Positions 33,456-46,317 of a stretch of DNA of 64,000 nucleotides are shown in pieces. A program made the translations under genes and the position numbers. Origin of the DNA: Mobula hypostoma (lineage: Eukaryota); contig NC_086097.1 of assembly GCF_963921235.1 (NCBI RefSeq), positions 13,950,001 to 14,014,000 of the forward strand, given 5' to 3'. Position 1 is the first letter of the stretch; every line of letters begins with the position of its first letter. A model generated the notes under the pieces. That model was given only the letters and a program-made list of their open reading frames with translations. It was not told the origin of the DNA and searched no databases.

Positions 33456-34324
33456 CCAGGTTCAATTCCCACCACTACCTGTAAGGTGTTTGTACGTTCT
33501 CCGCGTGACCGTGTGGGTTTCCTCTGGGTGCTCTGGTTTCCTCCCACATTCCAAAGACGCGCCAGTTGGTAGGTTAATCGGTCATTGTCAATTGTCCTGT
33601 GATTAGGCTAGGGTTAAATTGGGGGTTGCTGGGCGACACGGCTCGAAGAGTCGGAAGGACCTATTCTGTGCTGTATCTCAATATTAAAAAGTTATGATTC
33701 TGCAGAAACAATACAAGCGGGGAAGTTCCTCTAGCCATGGAGTGGATACAATTTCAATGAAAAGACCAAAAGATTTAGAAGACCTGCAACAAGGTAAATT
33801 TGCAAATAGTTTGACTTTGTGAGTTACTCGATCTTTACAAAAAGGGGAAGACTATGCTTTTTGTATGCATGTGCATACATGGATGCATTGATGTTCTTAT
33901 AGAGTGTTTGAGCAGTTCTCCTTAGAAGTTCCTGTTATAACATACTATCAGCTTAAGAATCTAATTGAACATTTTCAACATTTAAGAGAAGTTTGGATAA
34001 GTACAGGGATGGGAGGGGTACGGAGGCCTATGGTGCAGGAGCAGGTCAATGGAAGGAGGCGTTTTGGCATGGAGGGCCTGCTTCTGGTCTGTAGTCATCT
34101 TTGACTCTATAAATCCATGCAGAGACTGCAAGAGGAGAAATATACATCTTCGTTTCTTTAGCATTTGGACATTGACTGAGATCATGAAAGGTGCTTTATA
34201 AACACATGCATTTATAATGCAAACTCGGTAACGGGAATTGTATCAAATTATATCCTATACTTGATTTTTCAGGTGTAAATTGGCATGCAGGGTGGTAATT
34301 GTGGTACAAGTCATAGACTGTGAC

Positions 34325-34845
34325 CTCAAAGGTTCACTTTATTGTCAAAGTATGCATGTAAAATACAACTCTGATATTTGTCTACTCCAGACAGCCATGA
34401 AATGCAGAAAGACCACTGAAGTTGTTGAACGACATTAACTCCCCCCGCCTCGCATGAAAAAGAAAAAGAAACAAAACTTGCAAACCCCAAAATCGCGCCG
34501 CCCACAGAAAAAACAGCAACAATAGCATGAATCCCCCACAGGAATAATAAGCAGCGACAATAACAATCCCCGACCCCCTTCACTCACAAAAAAGAACAGC
34601 GACGGTAACATCAAAACTTCCAACCCCCTTTCTCTCACCCAAAAAAACTCCCGCCAACTGGTCACAGGGTAACAAATGGCAAAAAAAACAATATAAAGTC
34701 CCATCCAAAAATCGCATTGATCTCAGAATATCGAACAGTTCTTTCATGACTCCGAACTCACGCCTGGTCTGAACACTGCTGACACAGATGGTGATTGCTG
34801 ACCCCTCCACAATCACCTTGGTGGCCTCCGTTGGGAGCATCCAAC
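34325..34845 (-). mobile_element. Unclassified non-autonomous LINE-tailed repeat with a G/T-rich body
   Basis: Its tail (reverse complement of ...CTTTGACAATAAAGTGAACCTTTGA) resembles the tail at 27490-27553; no coding motifs. Confidence 0.5.
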
Positions 34846-34849
34846 AGGG

Positions 34850-36150
34850 CCAAATAAAACTTCTGGTCTGTAGAGCCAGTCATCCTTCCTACATTACTGC
34901 ATGGAGCTGAATCATGGACCACCTACAGAAGAAATCTGAAAGCCCTGGAACAATAACTCCAAGGAAAGTTACAAAATATTTTGAGGATCATTTGGAGAGA
35001 CAGACAGACTAACACCAGTGTACTGAAGGAGGCCAACATGAACAGCATCTCCACCAGGATAAAAGAACACCAACCCAGATGGATAGGTCATGGCACCCAA
35101 ATGCTTAACTCATGTCTCCCCAGATAGATGGTTTGCTCCCAGTTGAGGGAAGTTCAGCAAGCCCCTGGTGGGCAGAGGAATCGCTTCAACGATAACTTCA
35201 AAATTAGCAAAAGAAATTCAATGTTACATCTAAAAGCTGGGAAGACATTGCACTCAATAGATACACTCTTCAAGAGGGAGCTGGGCTACATCATAGTCAT
35301 AGTCATACTTTATTGATCCTGGGGGAAATTGGTTTTCGTTACAGTTGCACCATAAATAATAAATAGTAATAGAACCATAATAATTAAATAGTAATATGTA
35401 AATTATGCCAGTAAATTATGAAATAAGTCCAGGACCAGCCTATTGGCTCAGGGTGTCTGACCCTCCAAGGGAGGAGTTGTAAAGTTTGATGGCCACAGGC
35501 AGGAATGACTTCCTATGACGCTCTGTGCTGCATCTCGGTGGAATGAGTCTCTGGCTGAATGTACTCCTGTGCCCAACCAGTACATTATGTAGTGGATGGG
35601 AGACATTGACCAAGATGGCATGCAACTTAGACAGCATCCTCTTTTCAGACACCACCGTCAGAGAGTCCAGTTCCATCCCCACAACATCACTGGCCTTACG
35701 GATGAGTTTGTTGATTCTGTTGGTGTCTGCTACCCTCAGCCTGCTGCCCCAGCACACAACAGCAAACATGATAGCACTGGCCACCACAGACTCGTAGAAC
35801 ATCCTCAGCATCGTCCAGCAGATGTTAAAGGACCTCAATCTCCTCAGGAAATAGAGACGGCTCTGACCCTTCTTGTAGACAGCCTCAGTGTTCTTTGACC
35901 AGTCCAGTTTATTGTCAATTCGTATCCCCAGGTATTTGTAATCCAGAGGACAAGCAGCAGCTGTGAAAAGAGGAGAGTGAACAGCCAAAAGACTCCAACC
36001 ACTGACTGCAGCCACCACTTACCCATGTCCACACTGCACCAGTGTATGTAGATGCTGGATCTGCCTCTGCAGTCACCTGAGGACCCCCCCCCCCCACCAC
36101 CATTAGATAACCCCTCGGGAGAACATCACACTGGACATGAGTGATCACAC
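34850..36150 (+). mobile_element. RTE-clade LINE 3' part, split by a Rex1 insertion (RTE at 34850-35290 and 35946-36150)
   Basis: ILPTLLHGAESWT, ILRIIWRDRQTNTSVLKEA, RWIGH, GGQRNRFND, SWEDIALNR, then the C-terminal YPCPHCTSVCRCWICLCSHLRT. Confidence 0.85.
35291..35945 (-). mobile_element. Young Rex1/Babar-type LINE, 5'-truncated
   Basis: Open frame DYKYLGIRIDNKLDWSKN...GGSDTLSQ; nearly identical to 10546-11200. Confidence 0.92.
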
Positions 36151-36654
36151 CTCTACTGCTACTACAAGTCATAAGCGGATGGATTTGTTAGCCGGACTGC
36201 AAAGCTTCCATAATCCATGGCAATAAGTTTTCAAAGCATTACTGCTCCCAAACCAGGAGATTGTCATCTATTCTAGTTCAGCTTAGAATGTTCAGCCTTT
36301 GACACTTTCAGAGTGCACTCAGTGAACAACCACGTATGCTACAGGTATTTAAAATGTGTCTCACTGATCCAAGGGCTAAGTCGCATAGAACATGTTCCCT
36401 AAATAAAAGACAGCAGGAAATCACCAAATCCAGTACCTCTCTAATAGCTCCAGAAGTGCAGTGAAATTAGCAATTTCCTTTGTTCCTAAGAATACAAGTG
36501 TAGACAGGCTTAGTCAATTCCATTTAAGCAAATGATGCAGAGTAGTTTTATGCTGAATAGATGTAAAGATATAACCTCCAAATGTTCTGTTTTCATTCTT
36601 TCCTCTTGGTCTTCGTAAGTGTATTACAAATTTCAGATATTTTATCCAAAGGAT

Positions 36655-36974
36655 TTCCCACTCTATCCTCTTTCCTCTTCTCAGCTGCCTATCACATCCC
36701 CCTGGGTCCCCTCCTCTTTCCCTTTCTCTTGTGGTCCACTCTCCTCTCCTATCAGATTTCTTCCTCTCCACCCCTTTATTTTTCCAACCCACCAGCCTTC
36801 ACGAGCACCTTCTAACTATCCTCCTTCTCCTCCCCCCACCTTGTTATTCTGACATCTTACTCTTTCCATTCCAGTCCTTAAAAAGGGCCTCGGCCTGGAA
36901 CAATAGTCTGTTTATTAATTTCCAAAAATGCTACCTGACTTGCTGAGTTCCTCTAGCATTTTCTGTGTATTGCC
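36655..36974 (+). mobile_element. PLE 3' UTR and terminal repeat
   Basis: Family UTR (GGTCCACTCTCCTCTCCTATCAGATT) and terminal repeat; perfect 12-bp TSD TATCCAAAGGAT at 36643-36654 and 36975-36986. Confidence 0.85.
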
Positions 36975-37339
36975 TATCCAAAGGATGATTTGTACAGATT
37001 AGAAATTCAACATTCTGTGAAACGGCTGAAAGTGTTCCTCAGAAACCTACTCGAAGAGCTCAGCTGTGCGATTGGGCTAACTGTATAGAAGGTGAGTGGA
37101 TGTTATCCTAAAGAATCACCAGCAGACTGCAGTATGTGTTTCAGGCCAGTTCTATGCCCGCGCTCTGCAACACAGAAACACCTTATGCCCTTGAGTTCAG
37201 AAGCAGGTGCACCCTATCTTAAGCTCGGTCAAGAGATATTAACAAATCTCTTTAAATTACTGCCAGTTTCTCAGTCCTGATACAGGGCCTAGATACAAAA
37301 CATAGATCATTTCTTTCAGCGCATGCACGAACCACTGAG

Positions 37340-37775
37340 TTCAAAGTACAAAGTTCACAGTGCAAATTAAATTTACTAACAAAGTACATAAGTGTCACCA
37401 TATACCATTCTGAGATTAATTTTCTTGCGGGCATTCACAGTAGAACAATGAAATACGATAGAATCAATAAAAACTGCACAAAAGGTCTGGCAAACAACCA
37501 ATGTGCAAAAAAAAAACCCAACAGATAATAAATAAATAAATAATACCGAGAACAAGGGTTGTCGACCCCTTGAAATTGAGCCTATAGGTTGTGGAATCAG
37601 TTCAGTTCTGAGGTGAGTGAAGTTATCCATGCTGGTTCAGAGCCTGAAAAGGGTAATAACTGTTCCTGAACCTGGTAGCGTGGGACCTAATGCTCCTGTA
37701 GCTCGTGCCCTATGGTAGCAGCAAGTAAAGAGCAGGTCCTGGATGGTGGAGGTCCTTGGTGATGAGTTCCTCCTG
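37340..37775 (-). mobile_element. Rex1-type LINE 3' end, (TTGAAC)-tail subfamily
   Basis: Reverse complement of ...ACCAGGTTCAGGAACAGTTATTACCC and of the AAGAAAATTAATCTCAGAATGGTATATGGTGAC tail. Confidence 0.7.
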
Positions 37776-39397
37776 CAGACCAAAGTTCTAAATTCAAAGT
37801 CCAAAGGACATTTATTATCCAACTATGTGTACATTGGACAACCTTGAGAGCCACAAAACAAAGAAAACTAAAAAAAAACACACTAAGAAAAGAAGACCAT
37901 CGAACACCTAATGTACAGAGAGATAAAAAACAAGTCATGCAAACAATAGCTGCAAGGAGATAGCATTCTGAACTGAAGTCCACCAGGAGAGTCTGAGATC
38001 TATAGTTCGACACTGAGCTGAGTAAATGTCGTGGAGCAGCAAAATGAACCAGCCTGATCCTTCCATGTACACTCTCTCCATTCTGTTTGCTTTTCTGTAA
38101 TATGGATTGCACTCCATTGCTGCTGCAAAACAACAACTTTCATGATGTACGGCAGCGATATTAAACCTGATTCTGGCCCACTCCACCATTCAATAAGTTC
38201 ATGTCCAAGCTTCTAACTCAATGCCATTCTCCTGCACTAATTTTGACTTGGACTTGCTCAACAACAGAACTTCCACATCTCTCTCAGGCAGAGAATCTGA
38301 ATGACTCACTGCTTTCTGGATGAAAACATTTCTGTCCTAAATGACTGACCCCTTCCTTTGAGATTGTGACCCCAACACACACTGGCCAGGGAAAACATAA
38401 TCCCTCTCTCTCTGCTTCAAAACCCATAAAATTTATACAAACACACAAACATATAAATTAGGATCACAAGAATGTCCCTCATATCTGCTCTGTCATTTAA
38501 TAATTGTGGCTAATTTGATTTTAATTTCAGCTGTTTCCTCCCAACCTTGAAGCTGTTTATTTTGCTTGTTCCAGTACTTCATATTAAAAGCTTCAGAAGA
38601 ATGTGCATCCACTGACCATTGAGGAAGAGAGTTCCAAACACTCACTAACTTCTGACAGGGAAAAATGCTACTCAGTGATACTTTGCTTCACAAATGGAAT
38701 CTGAAAGCTTGCCGGACTGAATGAGATTCATTTGTGCCAAGTTCATTTTGCAGATTTACAATCACTTCAGCCTTGATATGAACCAAGCCAACAGCTTCGA
38801 TAAGGCTTGCTTCGTACCTTTGAACTCAAGCGTAAACACCTTAAAAACTCTGAAGTCCGATCGGCTGTGTGTGAGAATCTGGCTCTTGAGAGTCGCCTCA
38901 CTGATCTGAAGCAAATATCTAAATGCTGGTTTGAAATCGCAGAAATGTTGTCGACGGCAATGTCCCTGAAGCTTGTCCCTGCCAGACCGCAAAGAGGACA
39001 CCATTTTGCACATTCAGTGTTGAGGGAAATTGTGCAGCAGCAGGAAATATAGGAATAAATAGGTGGTAACAACAAATTAAAAATAGAACAAGAAGGCAGT
39101 GTGGTGGCTCGAGAGGTTGAATGCTCAATTCCCAACCAGATGGTCCTGTGACTGAATCCCAGGGGCACCTGTCACTCAAACTCTGTTGCCTCAGTTGGGT
39201 GAGTTTTTGTCAGTTCTCAGCTGGGTCACTTGGTACGGTGCCAGTCGATAACAAGGCATTGCTTCAGAGGAAAGGGTGGGTGGAGGTTTGGAGGCAGGAA
39301 AGCTGCAGACTGGCATCACGCTGCTCGGCTCGGTTTGCATTGCTCTCCTCTTTCCAGCCGGTTGTTACGGAATGCCAGGAAGAGCGAGCTGGTCTTA

Positions 39398-39718
39398 TTT
39401 ATTTTATTTTAATCTTTATTTAGAGATACAATGCAGAATAGGCCCTTCCGCCTCAGCAACCTGCCCCCACACCCCCCATGCCCACAACCTTGACTGAACC
39501 CTAACCTAGTCATGGACCAACATACAATGAGCAATAGACCTACCAGCTACGTCTTCGGACTGTGGGAGGAAAGCAGAGCACCCGGGGAAAAACCCAAGCA
39601 TTACACGGTGAGGGCGTACAGAGACTCCTTACAGAGAATGCCAGCACTGAACTTTGAACTCCGGAACACCCCAAGCTGCAGTAGTGTCACGCTAACCCCT
39701 ACACATACCATGGCGCCG
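39398..39718 (-). mobile_element. V-SINE
   Basis: T-rich tail, AATAGGCCCTTC and GGACTGTGGGAGGAAA.CAGAGCACCCGG. Confidence 0.75.
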
Positions 39719-40309
39719 TCATCCTCCCAGCCGGAGGCTAGGGAAGATCCAGTGAAGAACGGAGGGAAGGGAGACTGAAGATGGAGGAGGGGGACAGGGG
39801 AGTGGTCTACACTTCAGGCATCCCAGCTGCTCTGAAACGCTGTACAGAGCTAATGGTACTGACAAAAGGAATGCACTCTGCAAAAGGCTGCGACACTTGT
39901 TCATCCGTCGATCGATGGTGGTTCCTGGCTGCTGTACTTGAGCTCATGACAAAGGATTCATGACATAACTGCCAGGAAATCAATAGGGTGATAGATACTG
40001 CACTTGGCAAACCCCAACTACATCACTTTGTTGTGCATCTGTTGTGACATATATTACTCCAGCAATAAATCCCCCTCTGTAAAATAACAAATCGGAGCGT
40101 CGCAAATTCATTACCCTGGCATTAATTAAGTGAATGAAAGGAGAAGGAGGGCAAATTGAGCTGGATGACAGGGTGAGAAGTGTCTTCTCTCTTCTACATG
40201 GAATGAACCAGAAACCACTGCTGAATTCAGTGACAGTGCAGCCAAGCAGAGTAAGTTAGCACATCAGTGCAGTCTCCTTCCAGACTGAACACAAGCTGAT
40301 TGAAAAGAG

Positions 40310-40885
40310 CATAAGGCACAGGAGCAGAATTAGGCCATTTGGTCCATCAGATCTATTCCATCATTTCATCATGGCTGATTTATTGTCTCCCTCAACCCCA
40401 TTCACCTGTCTTATCCCTGTAACCTTTGACTCCCTGGCTAATTAAGAACCTATCAGCCTCTGCTTTAAATACACCCAATGACTTGGCCTCCACAGCTGTC
40501 TGTTGCAATGATTCATTCACACACTCTGACTCAAGTAATTCCTCCTCATTTCTGTTCCAAGTGGGCTTCCTTCTTTTCTGAGGCTGTGCCCTCTGCTACT
40601 AGACCCCTCCCCCCGCTGTAGGAAGCATCCTCTCCACATCCACTCGATCTAGGCTTTTTATTATTCAATAGGCTTCAATAATAGCCCCTCCCCTGTTCTT
40701 CTAAACTCCAATGAATACAGGCCCAGAGCCTTCAAATGTTCCTCATGCATTAAACTTTTTGTTTCTGGAATCATTCTCGTAAACCTAGACCCTCTTCAAT
40801 GGCAGCACGTCTTTTCTTAGGTAATGGGCCCAAAGCTGCTCGTGATACCTCAGATGTAGCCCTACCATTGCCTCAGCACTACATC
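40310..40885 (-). mobile_element. CR1/HER1-type LINE 3' fragment
   Basis: Tail ATAAGGCACAGGAGCAGAATTAGGCCATT and reverse-complement LGLYSLEFRR. Confidence 0.8.
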
Positions 40886-41404
40886 ATTGCACTTTGCCAA
40901 GGTGAGCCCGACCAGTCTACAGGTACCATTCATCTTTGTTTTTCTCCTCTTTAACAGAGTGCCACACCTAGTTCTTCTCCACAGCTGAGTTTAATAAATC
41001 TCTTCTCCACAGTTGTCCATCTGAATCAGTGACCCCACTTGACCTGCAGAATGAAGGTTGACTTCTCTCCCTCAAATAGCATTTTTCTGAGCCGCTGTCT
41101 ATATGTCTCCACACACATGACACTCCCTCCACACCAACCAGTGACGATCCATACTCCTAACTCAGCATGACAAGCTTCAGGATCATGCCAGTGGCTATTT
41201 GCTGCTGGGGACCTGGGTGGGTTGATACTTTCCAGTCAGGCACTCTTAACACAGTTACTCACAGAAACTGCTGTTATCTGTCCTGACATTCATTAACAAC
41301 TTTAGCTAGTACCTGGTCTTCTTGTCACAGCATCTGTGCATGCTACCTCTGGAGGAAAAAAAACTCCTGCTCCATCCCACTGTCTTAGCAGCACACACCA
41401 ACCT

Positions 41405-41745
41405 CAGAATGGGGAAAAATGTGATCTAAGTGACTTTGACCATGGTGCCAAACAGGGTGGTTTGAGTACATTAAAACTGCTCATCTCCTGGGATTTTCAC
41501 GCATAACAGTCTCTAGAGTTTACAGAGAATAGTGAAAAAGTAAGACCATCCATTAAGTCGCAGATCTGTTGGCAAAAAAGCCTTGTTAACGAGAGAGATC
41601 AGAGGAGAATGGCCAGACTGGTTCATGTGGACAGGAAGATGACAGTAACTCAAATAACCACACGTAACAACAGTGGTGTGCAGAAGAGCATCTCTGAATG
41701 CAAAACATTTGAACCTCGAAGAGCGCTTCAACAGCAGACTACCTT
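41405..41745 (+). mobile_element. Tc1/mariner transposase N-terminal relic
   Basis: MG..CDLSDFD, LLGFSRITVSRVYRE, LVNERDQRRMARLVHVDRKMTVTQITTR..SGVQKSISE. Confidence 0.85.
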
Positions 41746-42302
41746 GAAAATATAAAAGTACACCCAGTACACTTTATTTTATATACAGTACATACCCATA
41801 ATATCCAATACTTATGTTTCCTGATGTGTGAGAGGACAGTAACAGAATAATCCAGCTATTTTTGATGGAGCTTGGGAAGTCTGATCCATCTGATTTCAAT
41901 GAAATTGTTACTGTGATAATTATGGACATGTTGACATTATGGTTAAATTACTGGGTTAGTAACCGAAGGCCTGGATCATTGATCGGTAAATATTAGCTCA
42001 AATTCCATCATGATGGCTCAAGCTGAAGGAATTAAAAATAAATCTAGAATTCAGAACAAAATTAGTAGAATTAGTGGTATCTCCAAAACTAATGCTTCAC
42101 TAAAATCTTTATGAGCCCTATTTACTCACAACCATGCTAATCATTAAAATTATAGTCAGGATCAGAATCAGGATTAATATCACCAGCATATGTCATGTAA
42201 TTTGTTGTCTTTGTGGCAGCAGTACAATGTAATACATAATAATAGAGTAAAAAACATGTGAATTATAGTAAGTATATAAGAAGAGAAGGGAGAAGGGAAG
42301 AT

Positions 42303-44510
42303 GAACAAAGGGGGACTATGGACCCATGAGGGAGGAGCTGGCCAAAGTCGACTGGAAAGATACCCTAGCAGGGACGACAGTGGAACAACAATGGCAGGTA
42401 TTTCTGGGAATAATACAGAAGGTGCAGGATCAGTTCGTTCCAAAGAGGAAGAAAGATTCTAAAGGGGAGAAAAGGGTGACCGTGGATGACAAGGGAAGTC
42501 AAGGACAGTATAAAAATAGAAGAGAGGAAGTATAGTATAGCAAGGATGAGCGGGAAGCCAGAGGATTGGGAGACTTTTGAGGAGCAACAGAAGATAACTA
42601 AAAAGGCAATACGGAGGGAAAAGATGGGGTACGAAGGGAAGCTAACCAAGAATATAAAGGAGGATAGTAAAAGCTTCTTTCGGTATGTGAAGAGGAAAAA
42701 TTAGTTAAGACCAAAGTTGGGCCCTTGAAGATAGAAACGGGTGAAATTATTGTGGGGAGCAAGGAAATGGCAGACGAGCTGAACAGGTACTTTGGATCTG
42801 TCTTCACGAGGGAAGACACAAACAATCTCCCAGATGTAATAGTGGCTAGAGGACCTAGGGTAACAGAGGAACTGAAGGAAATTCGCATCAGGCAGAAAAT
42901 GGTGTTGGATAGACTGATGGGACTGAAGGCTGATAAATCCCCAGGGCCTGATGGTCTGCATTCCAGGGTACTTACGGAGGTGGGTCCAGAAATCGTGGAC
43001 ACATTGGTAATCATTTTCCAATGTTCTAATAGATTCAGGATCAGTTCCTGCGGATTGGAGACTAGCTAATGTTATCCCACTTTTTAAGAAAGGAGGGAGA
43101 GAGAAAACAGGCAATTATAAACCACTTAGTCTGACAACAGTGGTGGGGAAGATGCTGGAATCAATTATAAAAGATGAAATAGCGGCATATTTAAATAGCA
43201 GTAGCAGGATAGGTCCGAGTCAGCATGGATTTACGAAGGGGAAATCATGCTTGACTAATCTTCTGGAATTTTTTGAGAATGTAACTATGAAAATGGACAT
43301 GGGAAAGCCAGTGGATGTAGTGTACCTGGACTTTCAGAAAACCTTTGATAAGGTCCCACATAGGAGGTTAGTGGGCAAAATTAGAGCAAATGGTATTGGG
43401 GGTAGGGTACTAACATGGATAGAAAATTGGTTGGCAGATAGGAAACAAAGAGTAGGGATTAATGGGTCCTTCTCAGAATGGCAGGCAGTGACTAGTTGGG
43501 TACCACAAGGCTCGGTGCTGGGACCGCAGCTATTTACAATATACAGTAATGATTTAGATGAAGGGATTAAAAGTAACATTAGCAAATCTGAAGATGACAC
43601 AAAGCTGTGTGGCAGTGAGGAGGATGTTATGAGAATGCAGGATGACTTGGACAGGTTGGGTGAGTGGGCAGATGCAGTTTAATGAGGATAAATGTGAGGT
43701 TACCCACTTTATGGCAAGAACAGGAAGGCAGATTACTATCTGAATGGTGTCAAGTTATGAAAAGGGGAAGTACAACGAGATCTAGGTGTCTTTGTTCATC
43801 AGCCACTGAAAGTAATCATGCAGGTACAGCAGGCAGTGAAGAAAGCTAATGGCATGTTGGCCTTCAGAACAAGGGGAGTTGAGTATAGGAGCAAGGAGGT
43901 CCTTCTGCAGTTGTATAGGGCCCTGGTGAGACCACACCAGTATTGTGTACAGTTTTGGTCTCCAAATTTGAGGAGGAACTTTCTAGCTATTGAACGAGTG
44001 CAGCATAGGTTCACAAGGTTAATTTCGGGATGGTGGGACTGTCATATGTTGAAAGATTGGAGCAACTGGGCTTGTATACACTGGAATTTAGAAGGATAAG
44101 AGGGGATCTGATTGAAACATATAAGATTATTAAGGAATTGGACACTCTAGAGGCAGGAAACATGTTCCCGATGTTTGGGGAGTCCAGAGCCAGAGGCCAC
44201 AGTTTAAGAATAAGGGGTAGACAATTTAGAATGGAGTTGAGGAAAAACTTTTTCACACAGGGGGTTGTGATTCTATGGAATGCTCTGCCTCAGAAGGCAG
44301 TGGAGGCCAATTCACTGGATTCTTTCAAGAAAGAGTTAGATAGAGCTCTTAAAAATAGCAGAGTCAAGGGATATGAGGAGAAGGCAGGAAAAGGGTACTG
44401 ATTGTGAATGATCAGCCCATGATCACAGTGAATGGCGGTGCTGGCTCGAAGGGCTGAATGGCCTACTCCTGCACCTATTGTCTATTGTCTACTGTCTATT
44501 GTCTATTGTA
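42303..44510 (+). mobile_element. CR1/HER1-type LINE, ~2.2 kb of ORF2 including the RT domain, several frameshifts; nested in a Rex1 3' end
   Basis: KSPGPDGLH, NYKPLSLT, QHGFTKGKSCLTNLLEFFE, YLDFQKTFDKVPH, VPQGSVLGPQLF, DDTKL, FFTQGVVILWNALP; (TCTATTG)n tail. Confidence 0.95.
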
Positions 44511-44514
44511 TGTA

Positions 44515-45090
44515 TATATTAAATAGTTAAATTATATCGTGCAAAAATAGAAGAAAGTAATGAGATAGTAATGAGATAGAGTTCATGGGTTCAATGTCCA
44601 TTTATAAATTGAATGGCAAAGGGAAGAAGCTGTTCCTAAATCATTGAGTGTGTGTCTTCAGTCTTCCGTACCTTCTTCCTGATGGTAGCAATGCGAACAA
44701 GGCATGACCTAGGCGATGGGCATCCTTAATGATGGACGCCGCCTTTTTGAGGCATCGCTCCTTGAAAGTGTCCTGAATACCACGGAGGCTATTGCCTATG
44801 ATGCAGCTGACTAGGTTGACAACTCTCTGCAGTTTTTTCTGATCCTGTGCAGTACCTCCTGCTCCCCACGCCAGACAGTGATGCAGCCAGTTAGATTGCT
44901 CTCCACAGTACATCTGTAGAAATTTGTGAGTGTATTTGGTATCATACCAAACCCCCTCACACTCCAAATTAAATATAGTTGCTGTCATGTCTCCTTTGTA
45001 GCTGCATCGACGTGTTGGCCCAGGATAGATCCTCGAAGATGTTGACACCTAGGAACTTGAAATTGCTCACTCTTTCCACTTCTGATCCCA
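44515..45090 (-). mobile_element. Rex1-type LINE 3' fragment (its tail lies at about 42160-42278)
   Basis: TAQDQKKLQRVV...ALLPSGRRYGRLKTHTQ. Confidence 0.85.
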
Positions 45091-45849
45091 AAAGACATTC
45101 AGCCTGTTGAATCTGTGTGAACCATCAAATATCCATTTACACTAATCTCCCCACACTGACTCTACCCACTCACCTACATGCTAGGGGCAATCTACAACTG
45201 TCAATTAATCTGGCAACATCTCTATAGGATGTGGAAGAAAACTGGAGCACCCAAAGAAAAGCTACAAGGTCAGAGGTGAATGTTCAAGCTTTGCACAGGC
45301 AACACCTAGCACAGGTTTGAACCCGGTCACTGGAGATGTGGCATAGCAGTTGCCATATTGTTGCCACTGTGTGCCCAGTAACTGGGATGGCTAATCCACT
45401 CCAAGAGATAATGAAGCTCAAAAAATAAATGTTGTTCATTCCAGCAATGAGCAGGGTCCATGAGTGAACTTGGCAACAGATTGTCCGAACCATCTACTGC
45501 TGGGTGTGGCGGAATAGTTGGTGTAAAAAAACAGCAAAAACTGCAGATATTGGAAATATGGGATGAAAGCAGAAAATACTGAAAACTCAGCAGGTCTGGC
45601 AGCATCTGCAGAGAGAAAAACAGAGTTAAATGTTACAGGTCTGTTATAAAAGTAAGTTATAAAATTACTTTAAATACTAATTACTGATAAATAAATTACT
45701 TTTATAGCTAACTTTCTATGTCCAAAGCAGAAAAAAAGTTATGAAAGATAATTTTAGGTTACAGAGAAGGTGACAGGACAAAGGGGAATTGATAAATTGG
45801 TGAATTCAAAGTTCAAGGTAAATTCAAAGAAAATTTTATTATCAAAGCA

Positions 45850-46315
45850 CATTCCGGGATTGAATTGTTTGTCATATGAAGTGCATTCGATGGCCCTGGG
45901 CCTGTATTCGCTAGAATTCAGAAAAATGAGGGGTGACCTCAATAACACCTATTGAATGGTGAAAGGCCTTGATGGGGTGGGTATGGAGAGAATATTTCCT
46001 GTGCTGGGAGAGTCTCAGAACAGAGGAAACAGCGTCAGAATAGAGGGGCATACTTTTAAAATGGAGATGAGGAGGAATTTCTTTAACCAGAGAGTGGTGA
46101 ATCTGTGGAGTTCTTTGCCACAGGCAGCTGTGGAGGCCAAGTCTTTATATACAGTATACTTAAGGCAGAGTTTGATAGATTCTTGGTTGGTCAGAGCATG
46201 AAAGAATACAGAGAGAAGGCAGGAGATTGGAGCTGAGAGGAAAATTGGACCAGCCATGTTGATGCAGACACATTGGGCCAAATGGTCTAATTCTGCACCT
46301 ATATCTAATGGTCTT
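45850..46315 (+). mobile_element. CR1/HER1-type LINE 3' fragment
   Basis: LGLYSLEFRKMRGDL, RRNFFNQRVVNLWSSLPQ. Confidence 0.85.
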
Positions 46316-46317
46316 GT

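Noticed and set aside
35440..36018. 192-aa ORF with a signal-peptide-like N-terminus
   Set aside because: The hydrophobic start is antisense RTE sequence read into a truncated Rex1 insertion.
36998..37091. 94-nt exon (IRNSTFCETAESVPQKPTRRAQLCDWANCIE) with a strong donor
   Set aside because: The acceptor lacks a pyrimidine tract and lies just downstream of a PLE TSD; the peptide is not recognisable.
38807..39052. 81-aa protein-like ORF
   Set aside because: It has no ATG start, an in-frame stop lies just upstream, and there is no acceptor or recognisable domain.
42303..44401. Active CR1 element
   Set aside because: It is 5'-truncated with multiple frameshifts and stops, and the RT motif is degraded (SEDDTK).
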